From: a bacterium
Lineage (GTDB): Bacteria > RBG-13-61-14 > DATKZS01
Assembly: GCA_963674965.2 (NCBI GenBank)
Contig: CAXXFL010000001.1
Location: 736,001-800,000, forward strand
Length of the DNA: 64,000 bases
Direction of reading: 5' to 3'
Shown: in pieces, positions 19,484 to 29,882 of the stretch
How positions within the stretch are numbered: position 1 is the stretch's first letter
How the letters are laid out: every line of letters begins with the position of its first letter
Notes under the pieces: model-generated
Database searches by the model: none
Told to the model about the DNA's origin: nothing
The model's input: only the letters and a program-made list of their open reading frames with translations
Translations under genes and position numbers: made by a program

Positions 19484-22150
19484 ATGAAAAAAAGGATCGC
19501 CCTCGCGGCTTTCTTGACTTGCGTCGCGTTGGTTATATCCGCGCTGGCCCAGACCGTGCCTGACCGTATTAACTACCAGGGCCGTCTTTTCGACGGGTCG
19601 GGACTTCCCGTGACCGGCGCCAGCGTGCCCATGGAATTCAGCCTCTGGGACGGGGCCGTTACCATGGACGCCGTCACCGACGAGGAAGTCTGGATCGAGG
19701 GAACCAGCCCCATTTCCCTTGCCCACGGAGACGTCCTTCCGGGCGAGACCGTCACCGTAACCAGGCTGGGCGGGTCTCCGGTATTCGAGAGCCCGAGGGA
19801 TTACGTCGTCGATTATGAGAACGGGACCATCACTCGGTCGCCCTCGGGTTTTATCATTGACGGCGAAACGATCGAGATCGATTATAAATGGATGAACTAT
19901 GGAAACGAGCTTTGGAGCGAGTCCATGGCCGTCGAGGTGGAGGACGGGTTATACTCGATAGCCCTCGGCTCCTCGGTGGGCGTCCCCTACTCGGTCTTCT
20001 CGGGTCCCGAGCTTTTCCTTCAGGTATCCGTGGGCGGCGAAACCCTGTTGCCTCGCGCCTCATTAACTTCCGTGCCTTACGCCATAAACGCGGCCCTGCT
20101 GGGTGGAATGACGGCGGGCGATTTTGCCCTCGCGTCCCATTCCCATGATTTCTCCTATATCGCCGGCCAGGTTACGGACGCGCAAGTACCCGACGATATT
20201 ACTATAATCTATTCGGAAGACGCCGGGTCCCTCGACGGTCTCGATTCTTCCGCCTTCGCCCTTAGTGGACACGCGCATGACTTTGCCGAGATAACCGGGC
20301 AGGTTACCGACGCCCAGGTACCGGACAATATTACCGTAACCCTGGCCGAGAACTCGGACCTTCTTGATGGACTCGACGGGTCGGCCTACGTTCACGCCGC
20401 GGGAGACACGGTCACGGGGCCTCTCACGGTGCAGGGAAAGCTCCAGGCCCAATCTATCTTCGAGTCGCAAACGGACGCCATCTTTCATGGGCAGATAGGA
20501 TTGGGGCGAGCGCCCGCGTCGAATTACGGGATCATTCAGGACCATGCCAGTCCGAAGCAATACGGGGCCGCCTTCTACGGCACGAGCCAGGGAGTACTTG
20601 GCGGTTGGGCCAACGACCCGGGCAATAACTACGCCTATTTAGGAAGCCAAAATTACGGGGTCTACGCCCGGGCCGGGTCTTCCGGCTCGATGTCCAATCA
20701 GTTCGCGGGCCGGTTTACAGCCCTGTCTCAGAAAGCCGCGTATGGAGTGTACGGCTACGCCAACGGATATAGCGTCGACCCGTCCTTCGGCCTCTACGGA
20801 TACGGTTACAATACGGGCGCCTCCAGCTCCGTCTATGGCGTCTATGGCATAGGCCAAGGCGCGGGAGCCTCCAACTCAGCCGTCGGCGGTTTCTTTACCT
20901 CCCTGGGAAGCTCGGCGGCGTCAAATTACGGCGCGCGGGCGACGGGCTACAACAGTGGAAGCGGAGACGCCTACGGCGCCTACTTTAACACCAACAACGT
21001 GGGAAGCGGAACGCATTACGGCGTGTACGCCCAAAGCGAAGACTATCCGGCCGTTTTCGCCAACGACCTGGGTCCCGACGTTTACCGGGTAACGATAAGC
21101 GCCCCCGACGAGGGCGTTGAAATTCTGAGCGGGACCTCGGTATCGACCGGTACCAGGAAGGGCCTGGCCATGGCCGCGGCCAATAGCGAGGCGCTTACTG
21201 GAATAGACATGGACGTCGACGGCTACTCGACTTCATACTATACCTACGGTATCGACATGGACGTCATAGGACACAACAACGACGCGGTCGGCATAAGGCT
21301 TGGCCTTAGCGCCATGGACAACGCCAGGGGCATCGAGGTCCGGGTCGACAGCGAGGACACGAGCGGCACGGGCATGGGAATCTTTAGCGCCGTGAATATG
21401 CACGACAATAACGACTACGCCTACGGCGTTTATTCGACGGTATCTGGAAACACGGGAAACGGACCTCAATACGGCGTATACGGCGCCGCCAATGGCCAGG
21501 TCTTCGGCTACACCTACGGAGTATACGGCTACGCGCACAACGACCCCGGCGTCGCCTACGGCGTTTACGGCAAGGCGGGCAGACAAGACGACTACGCGGG
21601 TTATTTTTCGTATGGAAAGGTGAGAGTGGGAGACGGCGGCACGGAGAACCACGTCAACGGAAGCGGGGACCTTTTCGTGGCGGACGACGTGGAGGTGGGG
21701 GGCGGCTATTACTACGCCGCTTCCAAAACCATGTATTTCTCGGTCCCGCTGGTGGGCCAATACGACGGGAGCGCCGGTACCGAATGGGACCCGAGCACCG
21801 CCGGCTTCTCGTGCCCGGGAGGAGTGACTTGCGGAAGCTATATAGGAGTCAACCTGCCGCATGGGGCGGTGGTTACGGCGGTCAGGGCGTGGGGGAACAC
21901 GTCCGCCGCTTCTCACTTTTTCGAACTTTCTCTTTACAGGAAGGACCTGGACTCCAGTTCTAATAGTACCATGGCGTTCATGTATTCCAGCGACGTCGAT
22001 ATGAATATTGAGGACGCGACTATAGCCAATCCGACTATCGACAACGAAAATTTCTCGTATAAGATTTATATTAATGAGGGAACGACCAGGGCCGACGTCG
22101 TCAGGCTTTATGGAATAAGAATAGATTACACCGTGGAAGGTCCTCAATAG
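19484..22150 (+). CDS. Large secreted Gly/Tyr-repeat (beta-helix/fibre-like) surface protein
   Basis: Signal peptide, INYQGRL N-terminal domain, SVPYA motif, many YGVYG repeats, C-terminal VNLPHGA...IRIDY domain. Confidence 0.8.
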   Translation: MKKRIALAAFLTCVALVISALAQTVPDRINYQGRLFDGSGLPVTGASVPMEFSLWDGAVTMDAVTDEEVWIEGTSPISLAHGDVLPGETVTVTRLGGSPVFESPRDYVVDYENGTITRSPSGFIIDGETIEIDYKWMNYGNELWSESMAVEVEDGLYSIALGSSVGVPYSVFSGPELFLQVSVGGETLLPRASLTSVPYAINAALLGGMTAGDFALASHSHDFSYIAGQVTDAQVPDDITIIYSEDAGSLDGLDSSAFALSGHAHDFAEITGQVTDAQVPDNITVTLAENSDLLDGLDGSAYVHAAGDTVTGPLTVQGKLQAQSIFESQTDAIFHGQIGLGRAPASNYGIIQDHASPKQYGAAFYGTSQGVLGGWANDPGNNYAYLGSQNYGVYARAGSSGSMSNQFAGRFTALSQKAAYGVYGYANGYSVDPSFGLYGYGYNTGASSSVYGVYGIGQGAGASNSAVGGFFTSLGSSAASNYGARATGYNSGSGDAYGAYFNTNNVGSGTHYGVYAQSEDYPAVFANDLGPDVYRVTISAPDEGVEILSGTSVSTGTRKGLAMAAANSEALTGIDMDVDGYSTSYYTYGIDMDVIGHNNDAVGIRLGLSAMDNARGIEVRVDSEDTSGTGMGIFSAVNMHDNNDYAYGVYSTVSGNTGNGPQYGVYGAANGQVFGYTYGVYGYAHNDPGVAYGVYGKAGRQDDYAGYFSYGKVRVGDGGTENHVNGSGDLFVADDVEVGGGYYYAASKTMYFSVPLVGQYDGSAGTEWDPSTAGFSCPGGVTCGSYIGVNLPHGAVVTAVRAWGNTSAASHFFELSLYRKDLDSSSNSTMAFMYSSDVDMNIEDATIANPTIDNENFSYKIYINEGTTRADVVRLYGIRIDYTVEGPQ

Positions 22151-22170
22151 GGAAGGCTCGATATCTCTCG

Positions 22171-22199
22171 AACGGCCGGGCTCGATACCCGGCCGTTTT
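22171..22199. terminator. Intrinsic terminator between convergent genes
   Basis: AACGGCCGGG-N7-CCCGGCCGTT hairpin followed by Ts. Confidence 0.7.
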
Positions 22200-22218
22200 C
22201 ATTGGAACCATTACGCGG

Positions 22219-23325
22219 CTACATCGAGGTCCTGGCGGTGGTAAAGGCCTCGATCCGCTTTGTTACCACCTCGTATCCGATGCCGGGCTTTTCGGAAAGC
22301 TCGATATGTCCGTCCTCCATGATGACGGCGGGCTCGATAATGTCCTCCTCCCAGTAGCGGTCGCTGGCGGACACGTCGCCCGGAAGGGAGAACTCGGCGA
22401 GCGAGGCCAGGGCCAGGTTATGGGCCCGTCCGATGCCGGTCTCGAGCATGCCCCCCGTCCATACGGCTATTCCGTTTCGGAGGCATTCCCTTGCCAGCTC
22501 GCGGCCGGCCAGGAGTCCGCCCACCCTGCCGAACTTGACGTTCACTATCCTGCAAGAACCCAGGGCCACGGCGGCCCGGAGGTCCTCGATCCCCCGGATG
22601 GACTCGTCCAGGCACACGTGGGTCCGGATTCTTTTCTGAAGCTCCGCGTGATCGGCCAGGTCCTGAGGACCGAGAGGCTGCTCGATCATGATAAGGTTGA
22701 ATTTCGATATGGCCTCGAGAAGAGAAAGGTCGGAAATGGTATAGCAAGAGTTGGCGTCGACCATGAGGTTGATATCCTCGAAGCTCTCGCGCACTCCTGA
22801 AAGGACACCCACGTCGCGGCCGGGCTTCACCTTAAGCTTGATCCGCTGATATCCCTCGTCAAGGGCCCACCGGATCCGGTCGAAAAGGACCCCCTGGTCG
22901 TCCTCGATGCCCAGGCTCACTCCCGCGGGGATAAGGGTCCTCGACCCGCCCAGCCACCTGTGGATCGGCTCGCCGATGGATTTGCAATAAAGATCGATGA
23001 ACGCGCTTTCCACGCCGGTCCTGGAAAAAGGATACCCCGTTATGGCGCCGATCTCGGCCGCCAGGTCCTCCGGCGTCTCGAAGGACTTTCCCACTACCCG
23101 GGGGAAGACGTACTTCTCGAGAACAAGAAGAGAAACGGGAGGCGTTTCATAACAATAGTCCGGACACTCGCTGACGGCGGCCTCCCCCCAGCCCGTGAGG
23201 CCTTCCGACTCGAGTTTCACGAGCACCGTTTCGCGCTCGGTCTGCCGGCCGTAACTGGTCTCGAAGGCAAACTTAAGTGGAATTTTTACGGAGACGGCCT
23301 CCGCTCGCTCGATTTTCAAAACCAA
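22219..23325 (-). CDS. menC: o-Succinylbenzoate synthase / N-acylamino acid racemase (enolase superfamily)
   Basis: FETSYG, RIKLK, VDAN, IEQP, LDESI, GGMLETGIGRAHN, GDVSASDRYW. Confidence 0.88.
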   Translation of the reverse strand: MVLKIERAEAVSVKIPLKFAFETSYGRQTERETVLVKLESEGLTGWGEAAVSECPDYCYETPPVSLLVLEKYVFPRVVGKSFETPEDLAAEIGAITGYPFSRTGVESAFIDLYCKSIGEPIHRWLGGSRTLIPAGVSLGIEDDQGVLFDRIRWALDEGYQRIKLKVKPGRDVGVLSGVRESFEDINLMVDANSCYTISDLSLLEAISKFNLIMIEQPLGPQDLADHAELQKRIRTHVCLDESIRGIEDLRAAVALGSCRIVNVKFGRVGGLLAGRELARECLRNGIAVWTGGMLETGIGRAHNLALASLAEFSLPGDVSASDRYWEEDIIEPAVIMEDGHIELSEKPGIGYEVVTKRIEAFTTARTSM

Positions 23326-23512
23326 ACCTCCATTTTCCGTTTAACCGCGACGTGAATGAAGATGTACCGCGCCTCGAATTCCCGGTTGAAACAAGGCCCC
23401 CTCGGGCTCTCCCCTAACCCGATCCAAACATTATAATCCATCGCGGGTCCCGGTTAAAGCCTCTTTTTCCGGAATCGCGCTCGCCTTTCCTTCATTTAAC
23501 TTCCGTTATACC

Positions 23513-23540
23513 TTGACTGGCAATACAATTGTGGTAGCTT
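23513..23540 (+). promoter_or_regulatory. Putative sigma70 promoter of the GMC/dehydratase operon
   Basis: TTGACT-N16-TAGCTT with TG preceding the -10. Confidence 0.4.
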
Positions 23541-23599
23541 AACTTAAAGACCCTCATCGTTATAGTTATATGCGGCGCGCGCCGCGAAGGAGGCTTCCC

Positions 23600-24889
23600 A
23601 TGAAAAGGATGGAAACCGACGTCGTCATAGCCGGCTCCGGTCCGGGCGGAGGGACGCTCGCCCGGGAACTGACCCGTCGAGGCAAGAACGTGGTAATAGT
23701 CGAGAGGGGCGGGTGGCAGAACTGGCCGCTGGGCACGCTGGCTTCCATGGCCACGGTCACTCAGATGATCCGCTCGACCAGCGGCGGGCTCATGGGCCGG
23801 GGCATCACGGCCGGCGGCTCGTCCGTGGTTTTTAACGGCAACGCCTACGAGCCTCCCACCTGGTTAAAGGAGGAGCTTGGCATCGACCTTGCCGAGGAGG
23901 TGGCCGAGGCCAGGGAGGAGGCCGGGGTCAAGGTCCTGCCCGATTCCTTTTACGACCGCTGGCCCGCCACCCGGAGGCTGATCGAGGCCGCGGGCGAGGC
24001 GGACGTGGCCCTGCTTCCGCAGAAGAAATTCATCAACCCCGACAAATGCGTGAACGGCTGCGACGACTGCATGCTCGGGTGCCGCCATGGCGCCAAATGG
24101 ACCTCCCGGACCTATATCAAGGAGGCCATGGAGGGAGGCGCCAGAATACTGACTCGCACCAAGGTCAACTCGGTCATCAGAGACAATGGCGAGGCAAAAG
24201 GAGTCAATATAAGCGGTCCCGACGGGATCGAGGAAATCCGGGCCGAAAAGGTCGTGCTCGCCGCCGGCGGCATCGGGACGCCCATTATTCTTTTGCGCTC
24301 GGGCGTCGACGCGGGCGAGGGTTTCTTTATCGATCCCATGAACGTGATCATGGGCGTGGGCAAGGACAAGGGCACCCTGGGCGAGATGAGCTTCTCCGTG
24401 GCCAGTGAGGAGTTCGTCGAGAGCGACGGCTTTTTGGTGGGCACGGTGGGGGCCTTCATGGTCTGGTCGGCCCAGCTTACGCGGCTCGAGAGCTTCAAGG
24501 CCATTTTCCGTTCCCACCAGTACAAGCGGATCATGGGCATGTTCACCAAGATCGGCGACACCCCCGGCGGCCGCATCCACGCGGACGGCACGATCGAGAA
24601 GCCCTATCCCGCCGAGGACCAGGTCAAGTTCGAAAAGGGGACCAAGGCCTGCCGCGATATCCTGGTCGGGGCGGGGGCCGATCCCGACTCGATCACCGTG
24701 GCCCGCGACATCGGCGGACACCCGGGCGGCACGGCGGCCATCGGCCGGGTCGTCGGCAAGGACCTGCAGGTCAATGGGGTCAAGGGCCTTTACGTGTGCG
24801 ACGCGTCCGTGTTCCCCCGTTCTCCCGGCAGGCCGCCCACCTTGACCCTCATATCTTTGGCCAAGCACCTGGCGAAGAACCTCCAGTGA
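23600..24889 (+). CDS. GMC family FAD-dependent oxidoreductase
   Basis: GSGPGG FAD motif, GGSSVVFNG, CxxxCxxCxxGC, HPGGT, YVCDASVFP. Confidence 0.88.
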   Translation: MKRMETDVVIAGSGPGGGTLARELTRRGKNVVIVERGGWQNWPLGTLASMATVTQMIRSTSGGLMGRGITAGGSSVVFNGNAYEPPTWLKEELGIDLAEEVAEAREEAGVKVLPDSFYDRWPATRRLIEAAGEADVALLPQKKFINPDKCVNGCDDCMLGCRHGAKWTSRTYIKEAMEGGARILTRTKVNSVIRDNGEAKGVNISGPDGIEEIRAEKVVLAAGGIGTPIILLRSGVDAGEGFFIDPMNVIMGVGKDKGTLGEMSFSVASEEFVESDGFLVGTVGAFMVWSAQLTRLESFKAIFRSHQYKRIMGMFTKIGDTPGGRIHADGTIEKPYPAEDQVKFEKGTKACRDILVGAGADPDSITVARDIGGHPGGTAAIGRVVGKDLQVNGVKGLYVCDASVFPRSPGRPPTLTLISLAKHLAKNLQ

Positions 24890-24901
24890 CGGAAGACGCG
24901 A

Positions 24902-26314
24902 ATGCAGGAACTTAAGCCCTTACAGATGCTCCACGAGCTCTACGACGACAGGGTCATGGCCTTCGGCGAGAGGGCCCTCAAAAACGAAGCCGCCGTGATG
25001 AGAAGGTGGAAACTGTTAAGGGCGCTGGGTAAGCTGGGCAAGCCCCTGCTCCGCTTCGAGAACCTCCTCGGCGTCCAGAAAAGAATGGCCCTCGAGCTGG
25101 CGAGCAGCCAATCGGTCAACATGGAAATCCATTGGGCGCTGCATCCGCTTCACCTGGCCCTCAAGGAATACATCGAGCGCCTCTTTGAATGCGAATACGA
25201 AAACAAGCGCCCCCTCGCCTGGCTCGAGTGGTGCGTGAGCACGGACCTGCTTTACGCTTTCGACGCCCAGCCCATGTGCTCGGAGGGGCTGGTGGCCATC
25301 CTTTTACTTCTAAACCCCGAGTATAATCTTCAGCTTATCGACATAGGAGAGGCCGCCGGCGTGCCGAGCGAGTATTGCTCGGCCTCGAAGAACGCGGTCG
25401 GGGCCGCGCTGGGCGGACAGCTTCCGACCCCCGACTGCATCGTCACCAGTTCCCACCCATGCGACAGCATCGTCAGCTCGTACCAGTCCCTCGAGTACCT
25501 GTCCCGCGTTCCCACCTTCAGGCTCGATACTCCTTATTGGGACGACGCTCGCTCGGTGGACTTTTACGCCCAGGAGATGAAGGACCTCGTCGCCTTCCTG
25601 GAGAAGAACTTCAATAAGAAGCTCGATTACGACCGCCTCCGCGAAGTGATTGACGACGTCAACAAGACCAACAACTACATGATGGAAGTTTGCGAGATGT
25701 ACGCCAACGTGCCCTGCCCCGGCTCGATCTTTTCCACCGTCTTCGGGTGGGTGGCGCGCATACTCGGGCAAGGAACGCCCCTGGTCACGGAATGCTCGAG
25801 GCGGCTGCACCAGGTTACCAGGAAGAGGGTCGAGAACGGACTCGGCACCATCAAGAACGAAAAGATACGGGTCATCTGGCTTGACGTTCCCATCGCCTAC
25901 TATCCCATCGTCACCTGGATGGAGGAAACCTTCGGCGCCGTCATCGTGACGGACATAGTGACCTTCCTGAAAACGCCCGATATCGACACCTCGACCAACG
26001 AGTCCATGCTGAGAGGGCTGGGAGAGTCCTACATGAACCTGGCCATGGCCCGCCAGTTCCACGGGCCGATCGAGCTTTTCATGCGCGACTTGACCCACGT
26101 GTGCGAGACCTTCAGCGGCGACTGCTTCATCTTCGCCGGCCACCAGGGATGCAAGCATATATGGGCCAGCACCAAAATCCTGGCCGATTATCTCAAGGAA
26201 ATCGAAATGCCTCTTCTTCTTCTTTCCACCGACATCTTCGACCGCCGGGTCACCCATGAGGACCAGGTAAAAAGACAGATCACGGAATTCTTCGTGTCCA
26301 ACGGGCTGGCGTGA
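24902..26314 (+). CDS. 2-hydroxyacyl-CoA dehydratase family subunit (HgdA/FldB/Bcr-like)
   Basis: EYCS, HPCD, RLDTPY, KLDYDRLREV, GCKH, DIFD. Confidence 0.87.
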   Translation: MQELKPLQMLHELYDDRVMAFGERALKNEAAVMRRWKLLRALGKLGKPLLRFENLLGVQKRMALELASSQSVNMEIHWALHPLHLALKEYIERLFECEYENKRPLAWLEWCVSTDLLYAFDAQPMCSEGLVAILLLLNPEYNLQLIDIGEAAGVPSEYCSASKNAVGAALGGQLPTPDCIVTSSHPCDSIVSSYQSLEYLSRVPTFRLDTPYWDDARSVDFYAQEMKDLVAFLEKNFNKKLDYDRLREVIDDVNKTNNYMMEVCEMYANVPCPGSIFSTVFGWVARILGQGTPLVTECSRRLHQVTRKRVENGLGTIKNEKIRVIWLDVPIAYYPIVTWMEETFGAVIVTDIVTFLKTPDIDTSTNESMLRGLGESYMNLAMARQFHGPIELFMRDLTHVCETFSGDCFIFAGHQGCKHIWASTKILADYLKEIEMPLLLLSTDIFDRRVTHEDQVKRQITEFFVSNGLA

Positions 26315-26315
26315 C

Positions 26316-27446
26316 ATGGAAGCCCTGGAAGCCTTCAAGAAGATCGCCAAGACGCCCTATAACCACACCCTTTCCGCCCACAAGGACAAGGGCGGCAAGA
26401 TCGTGGGTATTTTCTGCTCCTACGCGCCCGAGGAGATGGTCATGGCCGCGGGCATGATCCCCTTCCGCATGAGGGCGGTGGGCTCGGACAAGACTACCCT
26501 GGGCGACGCCTGGTTCAGTTCCCTTAACTGCTCCTTTGTGAGGCATACCCTGGACATGGCCCTCGAGGGAAACTACGGCTTCCTGGACGGGGTCGTGTTC
26601 ATTAACGCCTGCGACCACATCCGAAGAATGTACGACAACTGGCGGCGAGGGGTAGACGGTCCCGGACTCGTCCACATGATGAGCGTTCCCCACAAGGCCG
26701 GCGGCAGGGCCCTTGCCTGGTACCGGGAGGAACTCGACCTGCTCCGTCAAAAAATCGAGTCTCACTTCAAACTTAAAATAACCGACGACGACCTGCGCGC
26801 CGCCATCAAGGTCTCGAACCAGACCAGGCGCCTTCTCGCCAAGCTCTACGAGTTGAGAAAGGACGAGTCGCCGCCCATCACGGCGGCGGAAACCCTCTCG
26901 GTCATCATGGCGGGAACGGCCATGGAGCGGGAGAGGTTTAACGAGCTTCTCGATCAGCTCCTCGAGGAGATTCCCGGACGGAAGGCGTATAAGGCAGGAG
27001 CGCCAAGACTCCTTATAATGTCGGGCTGCCTCGAGGAGCCCGAGCACCTCGAGCTTATCGAGGGCCAAGGAGGGGCCATCGTTGACGACCTCCTTTGCCA
27101 CGGCCGCCGCTATTTCGATACCCTGGTGGACGAGGAAAACAAGGACCCCATCCAGGCCCTGGCAGAGCGCTACATGAACCACCTCTCCTGCCCCCGCATA
27201 GGCGACGACTTCGGCCGGAGAATCGACCGGGTCAAGGAGTCCACCGGCGAGTACGGGCTGGACGGGGTCATCGTCGAGACCCTGAAGTTCTGCAACCTCT
27301 GGGGAGGCGAGTCGTTTATTATGAGGCAGGAATCCAGGAAGACCGGCATGCCGACCCTCCACCTGGAAAGGGAACTCTACGGGGGAGGGGACGGCCAGGT
27401 AAAAACAAGGGTCCAGGCTTTCCTCGAAAGGATAGGAAAGTTCTAG
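26316..27446 (+). CDS. 2-hydroxyacyl-CoA dehydratase family subunit (HgdB/FldC-like)
   Basis: FCSYAPEE, CSF, NACD, KFCN, GQVKTRVQAFLE. Confidence 0.9.
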   Translation: MEALEAFKKIAKTPYNHTLSAHKDKGGKIVGIFCSYAPEEMVMAAGMIPFRMRAVGSDKTTLGDAWFSSLNCSFVRHTLDMALEGNYGFLDGVVFINACDHIRRMYDNWRRGVDGPGLVHMMSVPHKAGGRALAWYREELDLLRQKIESHFKLKITDDDLRAAIKVSNQTRRLLAKLYELRKDESPPITAAETLSVIMAGTAMERERFNELLDQLLEEIPGRKAYKAGAPRLLIMSGCLEEPEHLELIEGQGGAIVDDLLCHGRRYFDTLVDEENKDPIQALAERYMNHLSCPRIGDDFGRRIDRVKESTGEYGLDGVIVETLKFCNLWGGESFIMRQESRKTGMPTLHLERELYGGGDGQVKTRVQAFLERIGKF

Positions 27447-27464
27447 GCCGATAAGCCAAGAAGA

Positions 27465-28226
27465 TTATTTTATCGCCACGAAAAACGCCCTGTCCTCCTT
27501 TTCGGGTTCGGCGAGAGGAACGTCAAGGATTCCCTCCGCCGCGGCGTAGGCTTCACGAAAACCAATATCAAGGAGGGCCTCCAGGACCTCGGCCACCGGA
27601 TAGGTCTTCTCGATGATCATCTCCTCGAAACGCTCGTAAAGGCCGCCGGCGGTATGCACGAAGCCCGAAAGTTTGTAAAAGGCCTGGCCCGTCCGGTCGT
27701 CGTATCCTCCCCTCGTGATCAGCGTGACCTCGGGGCTCTCGTCAACCGTTATCTCGGCCCAGTGCCGAAGTCCCTTCCTGGTGTTTAGATCGAAGATGAA
27801 AACGCCGCCCTCCGCGAGGGCCGCGTGGGCCAGGCGAAGACACTTGACAGCGGCCTCGAAGCCGTCCAGATGGTTGAGCGAGTCGTAGGTGGCCAGGACC
27901 AGGCCATACTCGCGGTCGGGCGAGTACTCGGTCACGTCGGACGGCGTGAAGCGGGCCTTGCCTTTTTCGACGTATTCCCTGGCGTTGTCGAGGGCGTAGT
28001 TCAGCATGTACTCGGACGCGTCCACGCCGGTGACCTCGAAGCCCTCGGCCAGGAAATGAAGGGCCAGGGTACCCGTCCCGCAGAAAAGATCGAGCACCGG
28101 CCGCCGGTCCCTCCCCGGGGCGGAGGCCTTGTAAAATTCGAGTATATGGGAGGCCACGCCGTCGGCGAAGTCGGTCCACATCATGTTGTAAACGCCCGCG
28201 AAAGTTTTATTGTACGCCTGGACCAC
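27465..28226 (-). CDS. Class I SAM-dependent methyltransferase
   Basis: VLDLFCGTG, GVDAS, YDSLNHL, GGVFIFD. Confidence 0.9.
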   Translation of the reverse strand: MVQAYNKTFAGVYNMMWTDFADGVASHILEFYKASAPGRDRRPVLDLFCGTGTLALHFLAEGFEVTGVDASEYMLNYALDNAREYVEKGKARFTPSDVTEYSPDREYGLVLATYDSLNHLDGFEAAVKCLRLAHAALAEGGVFIFDLNTRKGLRHWAEITVDESPEVTLITRGGYDDRTGQAFYKLSGFVHTAGGLYERFEEMIIEKTYPVAEVLEALLDIGFREAYAAAEGILDVPLAEPEKEDRAFFVAIK

Positions 28227-28313
28227 GCTTGTCTCCTTTCATGAGCCGGCTCGCTTCATTTTATTGCCGGAGCCAAACTAGCATATAATCATTAACGGCA
28301 GCGGACAATTTTC

Positions 28314-29738
28314 ATGGATATAACCACCACGGGACTTATTACCCTCGCCGTGGCCGCCCTGGATATAAGCGCCATCATTCTGGCCATATCCCGGAGCGGC
28401 GGCGTCGAGCGGACCCTGGCCTGGCTGGCCGCCATCGTGGCCTTCCCGGGAGTGGGGGCCGTCGCCTATCTGGCCCTGGCCAACCCCAGCGTGAAGCGGA
28501 CGACCCACCGCAAGCGCCGCGGCTCGTCGGCTATCAGGGCCGCGATCACCGCCTGCGGGAGCGTGGACGACCTCGAGGCCGGTTTCCGCGAGCGGTCGAT
28601 CCTGCAGCTATCGTCCGAGCTTACCGGGCTTATTCCCTCGGTGGGAAACTCGGTCGAGCTTTTAGTGGCGGACGAGTCGGCCGCCAGGCGGATGAGGTCC
28701 GTGTTCGAGTCCGCCAAGCGAAGCATATGGGCGGAGTTTTACATCATCCAGAACGACGAGACGGGAAGACTTTTTCTCGATCTCCTCGAGCAAAAGGCAA
28801 GCGAGGGTCTTGACGTCCGGCTTCTTTACGACGCGGTCGGGTCGATGCTCATCAACGAGGAAAAGCTTGGCCGCGTCAGGCGGGCGGGCGGCAAGGTCGA
28901 GTCCTTCCTTCCCCTGAACCCTCTCCGGAAGCGCTGGAGCGTGCATCTCAGGAACCACCGCAAGCTGGTGGTGGTGGACGGTGAATACGGTTTCACGGGC
29001 GGCATGAACGTGGGCGACGAGTACTCGGGCCGGGCCAGGCGGTCGGGCCGGGAGTATTTCCATGACACCCACCTCCTTATTCACGGCGCCGCCGCGGGTG
29101 ACCTTGCCCAGGTGTTCGCCGAGGACTGGATGTTCGCCTCGGGCGAGAAACTGGGTCCCGCTCCCAGGGTTTCGGCCATGTCCGGGGAAGGGACCATCGT
29201 GGCCGCCGTGCCCAGCGGCCCGGACCAGGAGTTCAACGCCAACGGCATGATCTTCTTCTCGGGCATAGCAACGGCCAGGGAGAGGGTATTTCTTACCACT
29301 CCCTACTTCGTTCCGGACGGGCCCACCGCCAGGGCCCTTATCAGCGCGGCGCTCCGGGGCGTGGACGTACGGGTGATGGTACCGGCCAAATGCGACGTGG
29401 CCCTTGTCCGGGCGGCCGCCAGGTCCTATTACCCGGAGCTTTTGGCGGGGGGGGTCCGTATCTTCGAGTACCTGCCCGCCATGCTTCACGCCAAGACCAT
29501 GGTGGTTGACGGCAGGTGGGGCGTCGTGGGGTCGGCCAACGTGGACTTTCGCAGCTTCAGGCTCAACTTCGAGTTGGGCGCCATGGTGGTGGACAAGAAG
29601 TTCGCCTCCCTTCTCGAGTCGAGGTTCAGGGCCGACGTGAAGGACTGCGTCGAGATCACCCAGGCCGATTCGGCAAAAAGAGAATTCATGGGCAAGCTCA
29701 TAGACGGCACGGCCAGGCTACTGTCTCCGCTCCTTTAA
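28314..29738 (+). CDS. cls: Cardiolipin synthase
   Basis: Two N-terminal TM helices and two HKD motifs (HRKLVVVD, HAKTMVVD). Confidence 0.93.
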   Translation: MDITTTGLITLAVAALDISAIILAISRSGGVERTLAWLAAIVAFPGVGAVAYLALANPSVKRTTHRKRRGSSAIRAAITACGSVDDLEAGFRERSILQLSSELTGLIPSVGNSVELLVADESAARRMRSVFESAKRSIWAEFYIIQNDETGRLFLDLLEQKASEGLDVRLLYDAVGSMLINEEKLGRVRRAGGKVESFLPLNPLRKRWSVHLRNHRKLVVVDGEYGFTGGMNVGDEYSGRARRSGREYFHDTHLLIHGAAAGDLAQVFAEDWMFASGEKLGPAPRVSAMSGEGTIVAAVPSGPDQEFNANGMIFFSGIATARERVFLTTPYFVPDGPTARALISAALRGVDVRVMVPAKCDVALVRAAARSYYPELLAGGVRIFEYLPAMLHAKTMVVDGRWGVVGSANVDFRSFRLNFELGAMVVDKKFASLLESRFRADVKDCVEITQADSAKREFMGKLIDGTARLLSPLL

Positions 29739-29882
29739 TATGCCGAGCGCGCCGCCAAGGTTGTTCCATTTTTATCGGCCTGAATATTCGACTGCACTTG
29801 ATTATCGCCCGGATATTAATGATGCTTAGTCATATGGGCCTTTTCCAGGAAGCGAAAGCAACTCGCGCGCTCGGAGTAATAT

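Noticed and set aside
19484-22150. Prophage tail fibre
   Set aside because: It has a Sec signal peptide and no neighbouring phage genes.
22219-23325. Menaquinone biosynthesis operon
   Set aside because: The menC-like gene is isolated here; it may act as an N-acylamino acid racemase.
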